Shown here piece after piece: positions 13,301-26,877 of a DNA stretch of 64,000 bases (position 1 is the stretch's first letter; every line of letters starts with the position of its first letter). The translations under genes and the position numbers were made by a program. The notes below the pieces were generated by a model. That model searched no databases and had not been told where the DNA came from. It saw nothing but the letters and a program-made list of their open reading frames with translations. The stretch spans positions 3,953,319 through 4,017,318 of the forward strand of contig CM082594.2 of NCBI GenBank assembly GCA_040954595.2. Direction: 5' to 3'. Source of the stretch: Balanoglossus misakiensis (Eukaryota; Animalia; Hemichordata).

Positions 13301-15420
13301 TACGGTCGCGAGCTAGTCACCTGATTAGCTCGATAAAAAACGTAACCGCGTTTAATTGGGACTATTTCCACCCCTCGTAAAGACGTTCTAATCGTGAACA
13401 ATCAAACACGCAAGACTTGGCATGCACCGAATGATTTCTTCAGAATGTTTTGATTCATCGGAATTATTATATAACGTTTACCGCTAAAATCAGACTAACA
13501 AGATTTTGCACCTACAGGTAGACATAGGCCTACGCCTACATTGAAACACATACAGCGTTCCATGCGTGACATCGAACAATAATCCCAACGATGAACAGTG
13601 AAACTTTCCGAAATCACAAAAAAATTCAACCACACCTCACAAAACCGACAATAGGCCTTGCTATAGACCCGCTACACGGATTCAGAAACCACATCCGCCG
13701 CTGTGTATACCCCTATACACAAGTCGACCCACACATACCGAGCGGCATATCCACCCGCGTGGATTATTCGCTTTGAAACGCGCGCTATTAAAATAACACT
13801 GATCCCTTCTCCCAACTTTGATCCAGGAAATTAATATCCCACCGGAAACAGACAAATAATTTTCTGTCGGTCAGTGAACTCGCGCAAATTCACGCAAGAA
13901 TGTGGTCAATATTAAAAGGGCGGTGTAGACCCGGGAACTTGAACTTTGGCACACTTTCCGCGCGGTCATAGGAAATGCCATATTGATTGTTGTGTGAACT
14001 ATCATTGACGTACGACGCACATGCATGAGATAATTATCTGGCGATCTCAACATACCATATTCTCAAAAGGTGAGGCATTTTCGTTTACCTTTTGCATTCT
14101 TTGCATGCTTCAGTTTTGTAAAGTTTTCTTTGAAGAAGTTTACTTGCTTTGAGTTCGTTTTAGAATTTGGGTGGAATAGAAAATCACACTGCGTCAGAAT
14201 CGGTCGATATGACAGCGGTGTGTTGTTGTTATTCTGATTCTGAACGGGTCGATCTGGATTTGGGGGATGACGTCACAGCCACGTTCATTGCACAAGTGTA
14301 TTTCTTGTATAGGCTTTCACTGCATAAACAAGTCCGATATGTACCAGTATTACGTCAGACTTCTCCACCCGATTTTCGCCTCAATTGGCGTGTTGTCGAT
14401 TTTTACAATAGCCTAATCACGGATGATACACAAAGTCAGAATTCCAACATATTGACGGAAACTGCCGAGAAAGTTTCAGGAAATGCTCTCAGTGGTTGAT
14501 ATACAGAGTTCGAAACATACACCGCGTGCGGAAAATAAATGAAATGTACACGAAAAGTACAGCTAATACCAAGCATGATCTGTTACGTTGTTTTTTCGAT
14601 TTTCGCTATTTTATAACTGTTCGTCGTAAACTGCTCACAGTGGTTCACAGTCAAAACAACAATTTAATTGCTTATAAAAACCAGTTTCTCCTAAATTCAC
14701 CGGCATTTTGAATGCCCAATTAACCGAACTATCGCGTAAAATCGTGATCGATGCTGCTTTGCATCTGAAATACACCTGTCTATATTGGGATCAGGCATTT
14801 GCAAGAATTCTTTGAAAGCGTAAAACTATAGGCCCTAAACGTTCGCCTCGCCCAGCTATTGTATTTCCACATGTCAAGTTTATGACTGTAGTTCAGGTGT
14901 GTCGCCAGTGCCATGGGGTGCCGGTGTTCATTGTATACCCCCCTCCCCTACCACGTGCACGGTGCGCACCGGTGGCGGTCAGATTCGATTTGGGATGTGT
15001 CACGTCAGAGGCCGGGTGGATCATGTGATCACTCACTCCCGTGACGTGATCAAACGAATATAGTACATGTATTGATAGCTCGGAGCCTATACACATGGCA
15101 GTGTGAAGTTCATTAAATTCTTGAGTACCCACCAGACTGCTACAAGGGCGTCGTCATGAAGAGTTACACACCCTCGATCTGTTCCCTTTTTATCAAATCT
15201 ATTTTTGTTCACGAGGATTTCAAAATAAGTCAAGCGTGGAACCTATTCTGTATTACTGGTCGCTTTCATGCATTTCTGACAAGAAAACGCTAGCTAACTT
15301 TCGATGATGAAAAAATAAAGGGGTAGAGAACATCAAAATGTTTTCAGTTGCAGCCTAGTTCATTGTCACGTTTTTTCCCTTATTTCCCAGTACAGTCATG
15401 ACAGTGTGAACAAGATTCGA

Positions 15421-15541
15421 AGACAGACAGACAGACAAATAGTCGTTCAGTCAGCCAGTCTGTCGGGCAATAAGACAAACAGATAGTCAGTCAGCCAATC
15501 AGTCAGTCAGTCTGATAGGCAGACAGACAGACAGACAGACA
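15421..15541. repeat. Degenerate (GACA)n/(CAGT)n simple repeats
   Basis: Visible tetranucleotide runs. Confidence 0.8.
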
Positions 15542-17269
15542 GTTCAACATATAGCAGCTGGTTCGAATTTCAAGAAGTGCGATTCAAAATGAAGCAATTT
15601 TGGATGAACTTACCACGATCTGAAACTTTCGGTGTTCGCGTCTTACGCACTAACTCACACTTCTCACGGTCACGCCTATAATACCGTTCTACCTGGTTCT
15701 ACACACGTGCGCTTTAACCGGTTGTATGTTATATATATAGGACACAGCTCGGTGACTCACCCCATGTCCCGTGATTCAATCGCCCCTCGGTGAAATAAGA
15801 CGGTCGGATTGCGTCTGCCCGTCGATTCCTTAAATGGACTATGTGAGGTCACTTTTGTTGTGTAATGTCAAAGGTGTTACCTGATTGTACACGTGTATAA
15901 AAGACCGGTGGCGTAGACTCGTCCTGTAGCACACAGTGTCAGCGCAAGCATTTACTAATCTTTTTCCGCGCGAGACGTTGACCGCAGTACAGTAATAGTA
16001 ACAAGGCCGCGGTCGGATCACCGTAAAACGTTTTATTGCTTCCCTTATTCATTTGCGGTCCCAGTTCCTTGTGGTGAATAAAATGCTCATTGATTTCTAT
16101 TCCGGCAATAGCTTCCGGGGATCCACGGTGTTTGTTCAGGCAGAGTGCAATGTACGACCGAACGACGGTTCAACGTTTACCAGTCTAAGATATTTCTTTG
16201 AGACCAACTACTTTTCTGATTAAAGTAGGCCTAAGGTTAACCCCTATACGTGCGCGCATGTGTGGTTAATCTGGGGTCACACGACATTCGAGCAAAATAT
16301 TAGTTTATGTAACACGACTTCCTGGCTTATAATTGATATTTCCACGAAAAGAAAAAGAGGGGCATAAACAAAGAATTTAATAAGTTCAATCATATAATCC
16401 GCTTCGCTGATGTCCACCGGAAGTCGTGGAGGAATCCGTCGCGCCGTTTCGAGTGCGCAGTTTATCTAGGATCATCGCCATGACAACGGATGGGTTTTAA
16501 AACGCCACCGAAAACTCGCAAATGAGAAGCGTCGGTGAAAAAGATCAACTAATGTCTAAACAGGCCGCTTGAAATGTGACGGATACACACAGACCAATAA
16601 AGGATCTTGGTAACGTGGCGCCAATACTGCCGGCCTCAACTCATTAGCGGGGTTGTATACGTAATTGTGGCACTCTGTGCAGATTTGAAAATAAATGCTC
16701 GCCTATTTACCGTTCAAGATCGATATTTGTGAAATCGATGACGTCATGTGCATCAGACGCCGGACGGAGATGACTTGATTCGTCACTGCCAATATAATAT
16801 TGATTTGTCCCATATTAAGTCAATTTCATGTTTATCGCGAGTAAGCTTTTCATAAAAACATGTTATTTTAATCATTAGCGTATTGTTATTATATTCAGCC
16901 AATTATTCTTGATCTTATGCGGGTCTGTAAATTTCCATGTCTTCTTATTTTGCCGACTGTCGATATCAGTAACATGTCACCCTGACATTAAGACATACCA
17001 GTTGTCCGTATAGAAAGTTTCCAAACAACTGATCGAAGTTGCAAGTTTGTATGGTCGCCCTTTGGGGTTGTGATTTGTGTCTAAAACAACCTATATGCAC
17101 TAAATTTAAGGCAATTAGAACGCAGTGTGGATTAAATTATAGAAATTTAAAATATCTTAATTCTTATTGTTTCCTCTGGGCAAAATTAAGGAGGACGATC
17201 GGTCGAATCATGAAACCGGACAGAAACGAAAAAAAGACGGACAGCCTGTCAACCAGCCACTGTGAGACA

Positions 17270-17345
17270 TACAGACAGACAGACAGACAGACAGACACAG
17301 ACAAGCAGACAGACAGACAGACATGGCGTATCTGATAGACAGATA
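17270..17345. repeat. (GACA)n microsatellite
   Basis: Visible tetranucleotide run. Confidence 0.85.
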
Positions 17346-18406
17346 GACGAACATACATACAATAAAATGACGGTTAGTTTTATCCCGAAGAAATGGACAA
17401 ACTGAAAGATTGGGGAGACGTTACCACTGGTAAATCGTGACTTTTAATCAGCGGCCATCGAACTTCAATTTCGTGCTGTTCTCATCACAGTCAGAATTTA
17501 GCACGACACGTCTTTTGAAATCTCCACCTCGCCTCTCAATAGAAAAGCCACTTGATTCGATAAAGTAAACCCATTATTCCGATTGCACAAGGGATATTTG
17601 CAGAAGTTGAAGCAGAAAATCCACTCAACAAAACCATTCATCAAGATCGTAATTAATCTTTCACCATTATTCGGAGAACCATTTAGGGGGGGTCCAGTTT
17701 CGCGGTAATGCTGGCTTCGAGTGCACTATCGGACAATTAATACGGAGCTGTCTTAATAGCTGTTCTAAATTCAGCGCGTGGTTGTTTTTGAAGTACACGG
17801 AGGACTTATGAAGAAAACAGCGTGACTGGGACGAAAGGCAAAACATGTTCTCCTATAGAGATGTTCAAGGAGGCAGATTACATATCGACGACTACCGCTT
17901 TTGTCGACGATGGTCCTATTTGAATTCGGCAGTCTTCTCAATGAATGTTTCCATTACCTGGTACAAGGGGGTGGAGGCTGGTAAGACGATGGCGTAGAAT
18001 CAAACGTCACGCCAATTCTCCATTTTAAAGGCGCAAATGCACGAAAATTAAAGACAGAGGTGTAATTTGTAAGGAGGATAAGAGTACGATTTACTTAAGT
18101 TGATCAAACTGCAAAATGTTGAATGATTGTCACGTGAGACCAACAGGCATGCGTTGTAAGGTCGTGTTTTTTGTCGCCATAGACTAATAGCAGTCTATGA
18201 GAGAACGCTCTACACATTATTTGCGTCCTCTGAGACGCTTAATATGTTGCCATAGCGACGTTTTGCCGGACTTTGGCGATGCAATATTGAAACATGCTTG
18301 TTTGATGGTGTGGGAATTTCTTACGTTTCCGGGGGGAGGGGGAGACAACACTGGTAACCGAACCTTGCACGGACGGTCGGGCGGACGTACAAACGTGTCG
18401 AAAGAC

Positions 18407-18407
<1 letters not shown>

Positions 18408-18443
<36 letters not shown>

Positions 18444-18450
18444 GAGACAG
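18408..18450. repeat. (GACA)n microsatellite
   Basis: Visible tetranucleotide run. Confidence 0.85.
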
Positions 18451-21400
18451 GCAGGGTCACTGAATTCTACTTCAGCCAGACATCGCGCAAGAGCAAAACA
18501 CACAGAAACAAAACCACGGAGACGTCTCAACAAACACACAAACAAACTAACAATCACCATCCCTCAACGTGAAGTGTTACAACCCGCTAAATGTCACGGA
18601 CGTACTTAGAACTTGGCAACCATTATGATTTCTGTTGACCGGTGATTTCCAACAGATACAAGCCCTCCACCTCCTCTCAACGGTTGCTCATACATCAGAC
18701 AAGTTTACAAGGTCGTTATAATCGAAGATACCGGTGTATCAAGTTGCCATGACAACATTTTGCTTTACTTTCAACGAGTGTACTTGTATGTGTTTTCTTT
18801 ATCAAGTTTATCCGTTCGGTTTTGATGAAGGAGGTGCGCCTTTAAACGTTTATAATTTACAGCTCACTCGGTCTCTCGTATTACTAACATGCCGTAGCGG
18901 AAGGGATATTGAGTTTGTGGGCATATTTAGGCGGTCGTTCCTAGGATCCGAATGCGGGACAAAAAGGTAGTCCCGGACACTATACGTGCATCCCCGCAGC
19001 CCCGTAGCCATAGCGTCGTTCGAACATTGGTTCTCCCGACAAAAGATCCCTTGCTTTACTACAGCCGAGCTGTGTTGAGTTCAAACATCCAGAAAATAAC
19101 CTAAAGTTAAATAGCGCAACTATGGCAACGGCGACGCAGTGTTTTATGACGTTGCAAACGGTACAAGGATTCGTTTCTACCGACGAAATATTCGCACCAA
19201 ATAAACAAGAATTAACTCCCGGCTCTATATTCGAACCTAACACTTCTACCTAAAAATACACTCGTACATTGTGGTCGACGATTTAATTAGAACATCGCCA
19301 ATACACCACCTCTATGGACATTGTCCGTGAGATATTTATAACTCCTTTTTGTACAGAGAGAAGAAAAAGGCCGACGAGTTCGTACAATAAGGCGCCAGTC
19401 GATTATTGTCGAACGAGTTATTGAAGCATTTGACTGTAAAAGTCCAGAGTTGAAAGATCGCAGTAACACCGTTATCGATTTCCTGTACTCGGTTGGTAAA
19501 GGCGAGGTTTCAAAATGTGAACATCGATTTTTTTCCCGAATCATAGATTTTTGGGAACGATAATGCGATGTTTTCAAAACGCATTCGTGTAAAGGGCGCC
19601 CATGAATATTTTCACTGGTACTTTTGTCCCGACCGAGGATCAAAGAGAACTTCTCCGACATTTTTTTCGTGATAGCGAAGTATTAAAAAAGACGTTGGCA
19701 TCGATGCTTGCCCAGTGCGAAAAGACGGAGCCATTACATGCTTTTGTGACTGTAGTTTTGAAGACCACGATCAAGATGATAGTCTGATGATGATAATGAT
19801 GAGGAGGAGGAGGAGGAGTTAGAAGATAAAATCGCATTCGTGTCCCTTCGTCAACTTTTTGACTGAAGATGATTCAGTCAACGCAATTTACCAAGTATCA
19901 ATCAAATGTCAATCCACGAATTTATTTTATCAAATGTTAATTTTCACCTTTCCGAACAACGAAGACAGAACAGACGAAGCATAATTGCAACTTTGACGTA
20001 CTAGGATAGACTTCACACTCATCTCATACACTTGATAGAAGGTTGACAAAGGGACGTTGTCCAGGCAAGGTCAGATGCTGTTGCATTATGGGATACCCCC
20101 TTCTGTCAATCGATAACCTTTGGTGCGCATTACCACCTGTAACTCTGAAAGTGTCCATTTTGAGCTTCGTTTCACGGCGCCTTTGACTGATTTCCCCTCG
20201 AACCCGGGCACATCCATCAAACACTGAACCACCCGCGTAAATATTACCGTCGACACTAACCGCAATCACAAAAAAATGTGAAAAGTTGAACAAATTCATG
20301 GCGTTCGTGATATTTTATCAAGAGTGACGTATTTCACTCACGGTGCGACCTGTTTTTTCTCAAACTTCTGAACCTGACTTTATTCACGCGTAATTTATCG
20401 CTTGTAATAATAATAATATTAACAATAACTATAATTTATCTTCATTCGTGGAAAGGACACCGGGACAACCGGTCAATTTTTAATACTGTACATTGTGTTG
20501 ATCAATCAAGGGGGTTGTACATGTATTCCGTTAACGGCCCAACTGTATCACTACCGATAACCCTGTTCTTAATTCGCTTAACACTTGAATGTATAAAAAG
20601 CGACGTGAGAAATATTTTTCTATCTTTGTATAGAGCCAGACTGGGTACGACTATCCACCAGCGCTCATGTACATTTGTACTCGGTGGCAAGCGCCAACGG
20701 TGTCGCATTGGCCTTCAAATCAGTCAAGTCCTCGAGAGGTTGACAATCAATTTATCAGTGACATAGTGATTAAACAGAGGGAATATAAATTGATTGATAA
20801 TGGCGGGGAGAAACGATAACCCAAATAGCGCAATGCGATGTTGCTAGGTCGCACTGGGGAACTTGGCAATGTTAGGCGGCGTTGTCAAGGTAACCCTTTT
20901 TCCGATAACATGGAAAATTGATAGGGGCTGATAGGATAGTATGACACGGCAGACGATGCGATCAATGCAACTGAAATCGATGACGGTTTAACAGCAGCGT
21001 GGCCGTTGTATGACCCCTCCCCCCCTCCCCCTCAGGATGGTACTTCATTTTATTCCCGCAATAACACTTCGGATTTAATCTTTGCTGTAATGTGACCTAA
21101 ATTATGACCCAGTTTTGTGGCCGGTGTCTCAGAAGCAAAGTTTTCCAAATTTACATGTCGCGATGACGCACTTCGGAGGATCGGGTCGCGCTGAGACGTG
21201 ACACAAAAAGCCACTGCCTTTGACCTCATCTTTTCAACGTCATGGACGAAGCTGTCCTTGAATACTCAAAACCTCAACAGCCACGACCGGGCCGTGTCGA
21301 GGTGACACAGAAAAGAAACGGCTCACACACACACACACAATCAGTGCTCGACGCGGGCTTCTAAATTTAGCCACGGCAACGTTACATTCGGTGGTTGCTC

Positions 21401-23079
21401 CGAATGCAGGAGTATTGTTCGAGCGCGCGAAGGACCATAAACTATCAGACGGTACTCCACCGTTCCCCAGATGACGTGACGGTGATGATGGCGTCATCAT
21501 TGCGAACCTTCGTTCGGACTCCTGATCTACTTCCCTTTCTCTAGAACTTAAACTACTCGTTCCTCATCCGAAGCCTCTATGAAAGTCGGTATCGGTAGGC
21601 AAAAAGTTAAAACAAGAGTCACAATTCCTTAAAAAGTGACAGTGGTGGTCAAAACTAAAACATGGACCTTTTAGAGCACGTCCATAGTCATGGTAAACGG
21701 GACACTGCCTTTTTCACGGACACTCCCAAGAATTCTTTGACCACCTTCGGTCATAGAAATAATCCCCAACTTCCTCTTTTTTCAATATAAGGATATCATT
21801 AACTTCAACATTGTTTGATGTAATGCATTTAATCTTCCCCATACACTTCACCACTGTGATTACAAAGGCACGCACAGCTAGAGTAAGTGCTTCTGGGCAG
21901 TGGAAAGACAGCCAAAAGTTACAGCTACTGCAGCCTCAAATGTTTCTGATGACGCGCATTATGGGCTTTGGAATTACAGCCGCACTATCCCGACAAACAT
22001 GTAAAGTTAATTTATCACATTCGGCGTTATTGCCACATTCGGCGCCGCTTTTAAGTGTCAACTCTGTTGGCTGGTTTAATCTAAACTCCATTTTATTCCA
22101 TTACTTTTTAATCTCACCTTCCCAAATCAAAAGTTTGACCCGTGAAAATTTAATAAATCAAACCGCGGTGCTGAGTGCAAAATCGAAAGAAACAACACGG
22201 GAGAGAAGTAAACCAAGCACAATAAGTGAAATAGTTTGGTACTATGGCGGACGGCAGTGCAAGAAAACACTATCCAAAATTGTCTTTTTCCTGATATTTT
22301 CACAAAACGTAGCGAGAAACCGTGGTTGCGAGACCTGCAGCTTTACTCACGCCAGTTCTAAACATACACCGGAGCATTTTTTTTTAATCCAACCGATAAA
22401 AGTGATCGATGTACATGTATATCCATGACCTCACACGGCTAAAGGACGTAGCTTCAAACAAGTCATTAAAGTAATTTTGAACATTTTGGCATTAATTGTA
22501 CGCATGTTAATTGACACATAAAATGATGTATATACATGGTAGTTGACACATAAAATAAACAATGAAAACACGAAAACAAAACATTTGCTTTACTTATCCC
22601 TAATAGTACTCACTTTGTAATTTTGTCAAATGCTGGAGTAATGTTGGTCATATCAGTGCTTTCGAGCGATACTGGTTTCAGCTTATTAGTCAAATGACTT
22701 AAATACTTTTTCGCGAAGCTAGTCTTTTATTGTCGGTTTCGAAACGCACCCAAATATTAACCTGCTGTGCAGAACAGAAAGGCTGAGGGACTTTCCAGCT
22801 GCACTGCGCCAGTTAAAATTGCGAAACAAGATTGAGTGTCATGTGACTATTGTTTACATCACGTGCCAGGTAAAAACAAGGACATGCCATCGTTCACCAG
22901 CGTCAAGTGACCCTTGGCCTTGCATAGGAAAATATGCCGATTGCGACAGTCAAATTCACAGCGAGAATCAATAGAAACGCATATAGTGAACACATTTGAA
23001 TCAACAGGTTTAAAGAATGCAGCCAAGTTCGCCTGTTTGTTTGCTTGTCTGTCTGTCCGTCTATCTGACTGCCTATGTT

Positions 23080-23386
23080 TGCCTGCCTGCCTGCCTGCCT
23101 GCCTGCCTGCATGTATGTATGTATGTATGTATGTATGTATGTATGTATGTATGTATGTATGTATGTATGTATGTATGTATGTATGTATGTATGTATGTAT
23201 GTATGTATGTATGTATGTATGTATGTATGTATGTATGTATGTATGTATGTATGTATGTATGTATGTATGTATGTATGTATGTATGTATGTATGTATGTAT
23301 GTATGTATGTATGTATGTATGTATGTATGTATGTATGTATGTATGTATGTATGTATGTATGTATGTATGTATGTATGTATGTATGT
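23080..23386. repeat. Compound microsatellite (GCCT)n-(ATGT)n
   Basis: About 30 bp of GCCT followed by about 275 bp of perfect ATGT; explains the YIHT/CMYV ORFs. Confidence 0.97.
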
Positions 23387-24233
23387 CTCTGTCTCCCTGT
23401 GTCTTGTCATTTGTTATTTCTTCACAAACGCAGCTAGCTACCGAAACATCACATGAAATATTTCCTGCCATTTTGGGGCCGCATAATAAACTATTTTCTA
23501 GTTCTGGTCTGACTACTACAATTGATATCGATTATGATCGATATGTGGTGTGAATACGTTTGATTCATGTGTAGGAAATAGCAGAGATCATACCTGACGA
23601 CAGATTATTTTGTCGACAAAATGTCCCAAAGACTTCACAAGTTCACGGCGGCGCATGTTCATATATAGCTAGTGTGACGACTCAAAACATTGTGTTTTGA
23701 AATATTGCCAAAACAGTGATTAAAGAACGCGCGCAGTCTTGGCTGAGCGCCAAGTCAAATTCTTTGACCGGCTTTGATAACAAATGGGGACGACAAACGC
23801 TTTGTTGTTTTGTTGATGTATCGTCTGAAGTTTCTTGAACGGAATCGATGAGAGAAAGGGAATTTCCCGATCAAGTGAAAATAAAACTTCCTAGGCGCGT
23901 CCGGGCTGAATAAAAATGTCCAATATTTTCTCAGGACAAGATAACAACGCAAGCATGCGTCGAAGTTACCGATGGACCTTCGGCATTGTTATATCAGTAC
24001 ATGAAGATCATCGCCACGCCCAAATGGGAACGGAAAACTCTAGCGCCATCTACGGTAAAAAAAAATATGAAAACGCAATCGAGTCGGCTTCTGGATCTTT
24101 CGACGTACCATTCTAGTTGTGGCATATACGAAGGTGACAAACTTAAGGCAAAAAGCGCTAATTCTGACTAATTAGGATGGTTCAATATCGAGTTGAATTT
24201 AAGTATGCACAGTATATTGCGAGAGATGAGGTT

Positions 24234-24309
<76 letters not shown>
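24234..24309. repeat. (CT)n microsatellite
   Basis: Visible dinucleotide run. Confidence 0.95.
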
Positions 24310-26863
24310 GCATGCATGGAAAAAGAAACAGTGGTCTCATTACTACAATAATCGTAAAACGTCCCCCTCCCCCATTTCCAAACCCCCTTATACATCATCG
24401 ATGGTTTACAGTGTGTACGAGAATACGATAGCGCGTTTCTCACGCTCGGACAGCGGTTGCCCTTGGCAACTCTGCTACAGTAATTTGAAGGGACAAGGGG
24501 TCTGAAAGTTCATCCAAAGTTCGAACAAATCACCGCTGAAACGCGAACTAATCTTAACAAATGACATCATATCCCAGCTACATAATTCGCCCCACAAGAC
24601 TTTAGGCCTGTTATGGTTACGAGCGAATGCCTGTTCGGGATAAGTATACGGCCGGGTCGGTTTCGTATTTTCTGGTGTTTACCGAATTCCGAGTCGGCCG
24701 TACGCGTGTTAAGAGATGCTATTCGTCGCTTCCGATGAAACACAACGCTTCGAGCAAAATGACAAGGCCACCGGAGATCAATATTTTGCACTGCGCTGAC
24801 GCCGTGACAAAGGAATCCGTCCGGTTTTGAATTGCGTTTATTTTATGTCGGTGAATAAAAGTCACGCTTGACTTGTCAGTAATACATCATCGGCGATTGT
24901 TGTGGGCTCGGGTCAAATTTCGTCCTCTTTATTTCGCTTTAAAAATAGCCATGCTATTGTTTTTAGAAGTGTCGACGATATACTTACCTTTGCCGGTGTT
25001 GGGAACTTTATAAGGGAACGGTATCTCGTGACTATGTATAATGTAACGGGGATGTGGGGTGCGTGGGAAAGTCCACGGAACATTTCAACTCAATATTGTA
25101 ATTTCTTCCTCCTGACAAATATCGATCGGAGAAAATGTGGCACAATGAGAATTGGCCGTGATAATGAACTTACCATGTTGATGTGAATAGTGAAAGCTCT
25201 CTCTCTCTTGGCATTTCGCGACGCAAGAGGGGAGATGGTATATCGGTTGGGCGTCCTTGTTGCAGAACGCCGTTCTTCTCGTTTACTTCTACCGCAGGTG
25301 AGTCGGGTCTGGTCGCGGGGCCTGCGCTTCGCTTCGGTCCGGTGTTTCACCTGCAGAGTGTGCCGCTGTTACTACACGAGTACGAGGGCTTCCGACTCAA
25401 AACACCTCGAATTAATTGAAGAATTTCTTTTGGAATCACTTCACGAACACACTTGTGTACAGCCAAGCCGGGTGCGAATTTGAAGTCTTCATGCGGACGG
25501 CCGTCAAATCTGAACCAAGACTGCCACTGGCAACTGGCCAAAACAGCGTTCGTGTCACGTGCCGCGGTATTTCTTACCTGGCCGACTACACCAGGTCAAC
25601 CGACGCTGGCTGCCGCGGCGTATATACCAAAAAACCTCACAAACACTGCACAAGATTGATATCGACTGCACGGAGCCAGCAACGACAAAGGGGAACGAGC
25701 TCCCATAAAGTTTTTTAATAAACCTTTGCCGCATGTTGCCTATTGTGTGAGTTTGTGGGTTGTTTTCTGCTGCCGTAGAAAATAGAGTTATTTGTCGGGT
25801 CTAACGAGCTACGACAAGCAACCACCCGTGGACGAACTGTGCGGATCGTAAAACCGGGTCTGAATTAGAAATACCCCCAAGGCGTGGCGCGTTGATTCGT
25901 GTCTGCAAATACTTGTGATGGCTTATGGGGATATTTGTGTACTAACATTTAGCTTTCAAATGGCGCTTTAGTCCGAGATCAACAAAAGAAGTGTACTTTT
26001 ATTTAGTTCGGGAGTTCATCAAGTTTGATGAAGTCACATCGGGGATCTCATGCGACTTGCCGGGCCCGGTAATTCCCTCCCCGGCCCATCCATCCACCTC
26101 GAAGGTAATAAATGTATGTTCCGTTCCAGCGCTATAAACCCTGGCCGGGGAATCGCCCGAGCAACTGGTTGACTGAGATGACTTGGGACGTATCATACAG
26201 CCTTTCCAACCGCCCAAGATATTACTAATTATTAGTTTCAAATTGAGCACATCCACTTTTTGTTCGGGATTCAAAATGAGCCGGACTTTGGGAAATTTTA
26301 AGAGAAATGTCACAGCTTATCGACTCATTCAGCGAGCGATATAATGGAACGTATATCCTTAAACTGAGACTACAGAAAAAAAATACTTGGGAATTTTTAC
26401 CTCAACATTTAAGTATAATGACGTAGTGCTTTGTTTATACAGTGAAACCTATCTAAACTAATTAAACTATGCCCAATCCAGATGCCCAAGTAATCGCTAC
26501 CATGTAGACATATACCTTAGAATCTATCCTGCCTTTGTATGGGATGTGTTAACAATGCCAGATAATGTCATGATTGATTGCAAAAGGCTCCCTTAAAATT
26601 TCTGTTTTGTTATTGTTATTCAGAGAGGAACCCTGCGAGATTCTGTGGAAACACTATTGCGTCGTGTTCTCAGCTGCATTGAATTTTTCGCGAGGGTTCC
26701 TGATCCTTGGCATTTGTCCATCTATTCAGATAAAGGGCCGAATGGGGGCAATATTTGGCTTGGAAATCAAACGAAAGGCTGTTGACAGGTTAAAGAACTT
26801 TCCCCACTGTTTGGAGAAATGGGATAGGTCAGTTTTCAATCGCGAGGCTGTTTGGATTTACGA

Positions 26864-26877
26864 CACCAGAGGGCGCC
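26864..26877 (+). promoter_or_regulatory. Candidate CTCF site
   Basis: CACCAGAGGGCGCC is close to the CTCF core CCACCAGGGGGCGC and lies just beyond the SAFB 3' end. Confidence 0.45.

Noticed and set aside
21811-22428. 205-aa + strand ORF
   Set aside because: Non-ATG start, no recognisable domain, and no supporting splice structure.
22859-23553. Long ORFs with YIHT/CMYV repeats
   Set aside because: They are translations of the stop-free (ATGT)n microsatellite.
24980-24995. ATACTTACCT matching the U1 snRNA 5' end
   Set aside because: Only 10 nt match; it is the reverse complement of a consensus splice donor and no U1 body follows.
26059-26072. GCCGGGCCCGGT resembling the 7SL RNA 5' end
   Set aside because: No further Alu- or S-domain similarity.
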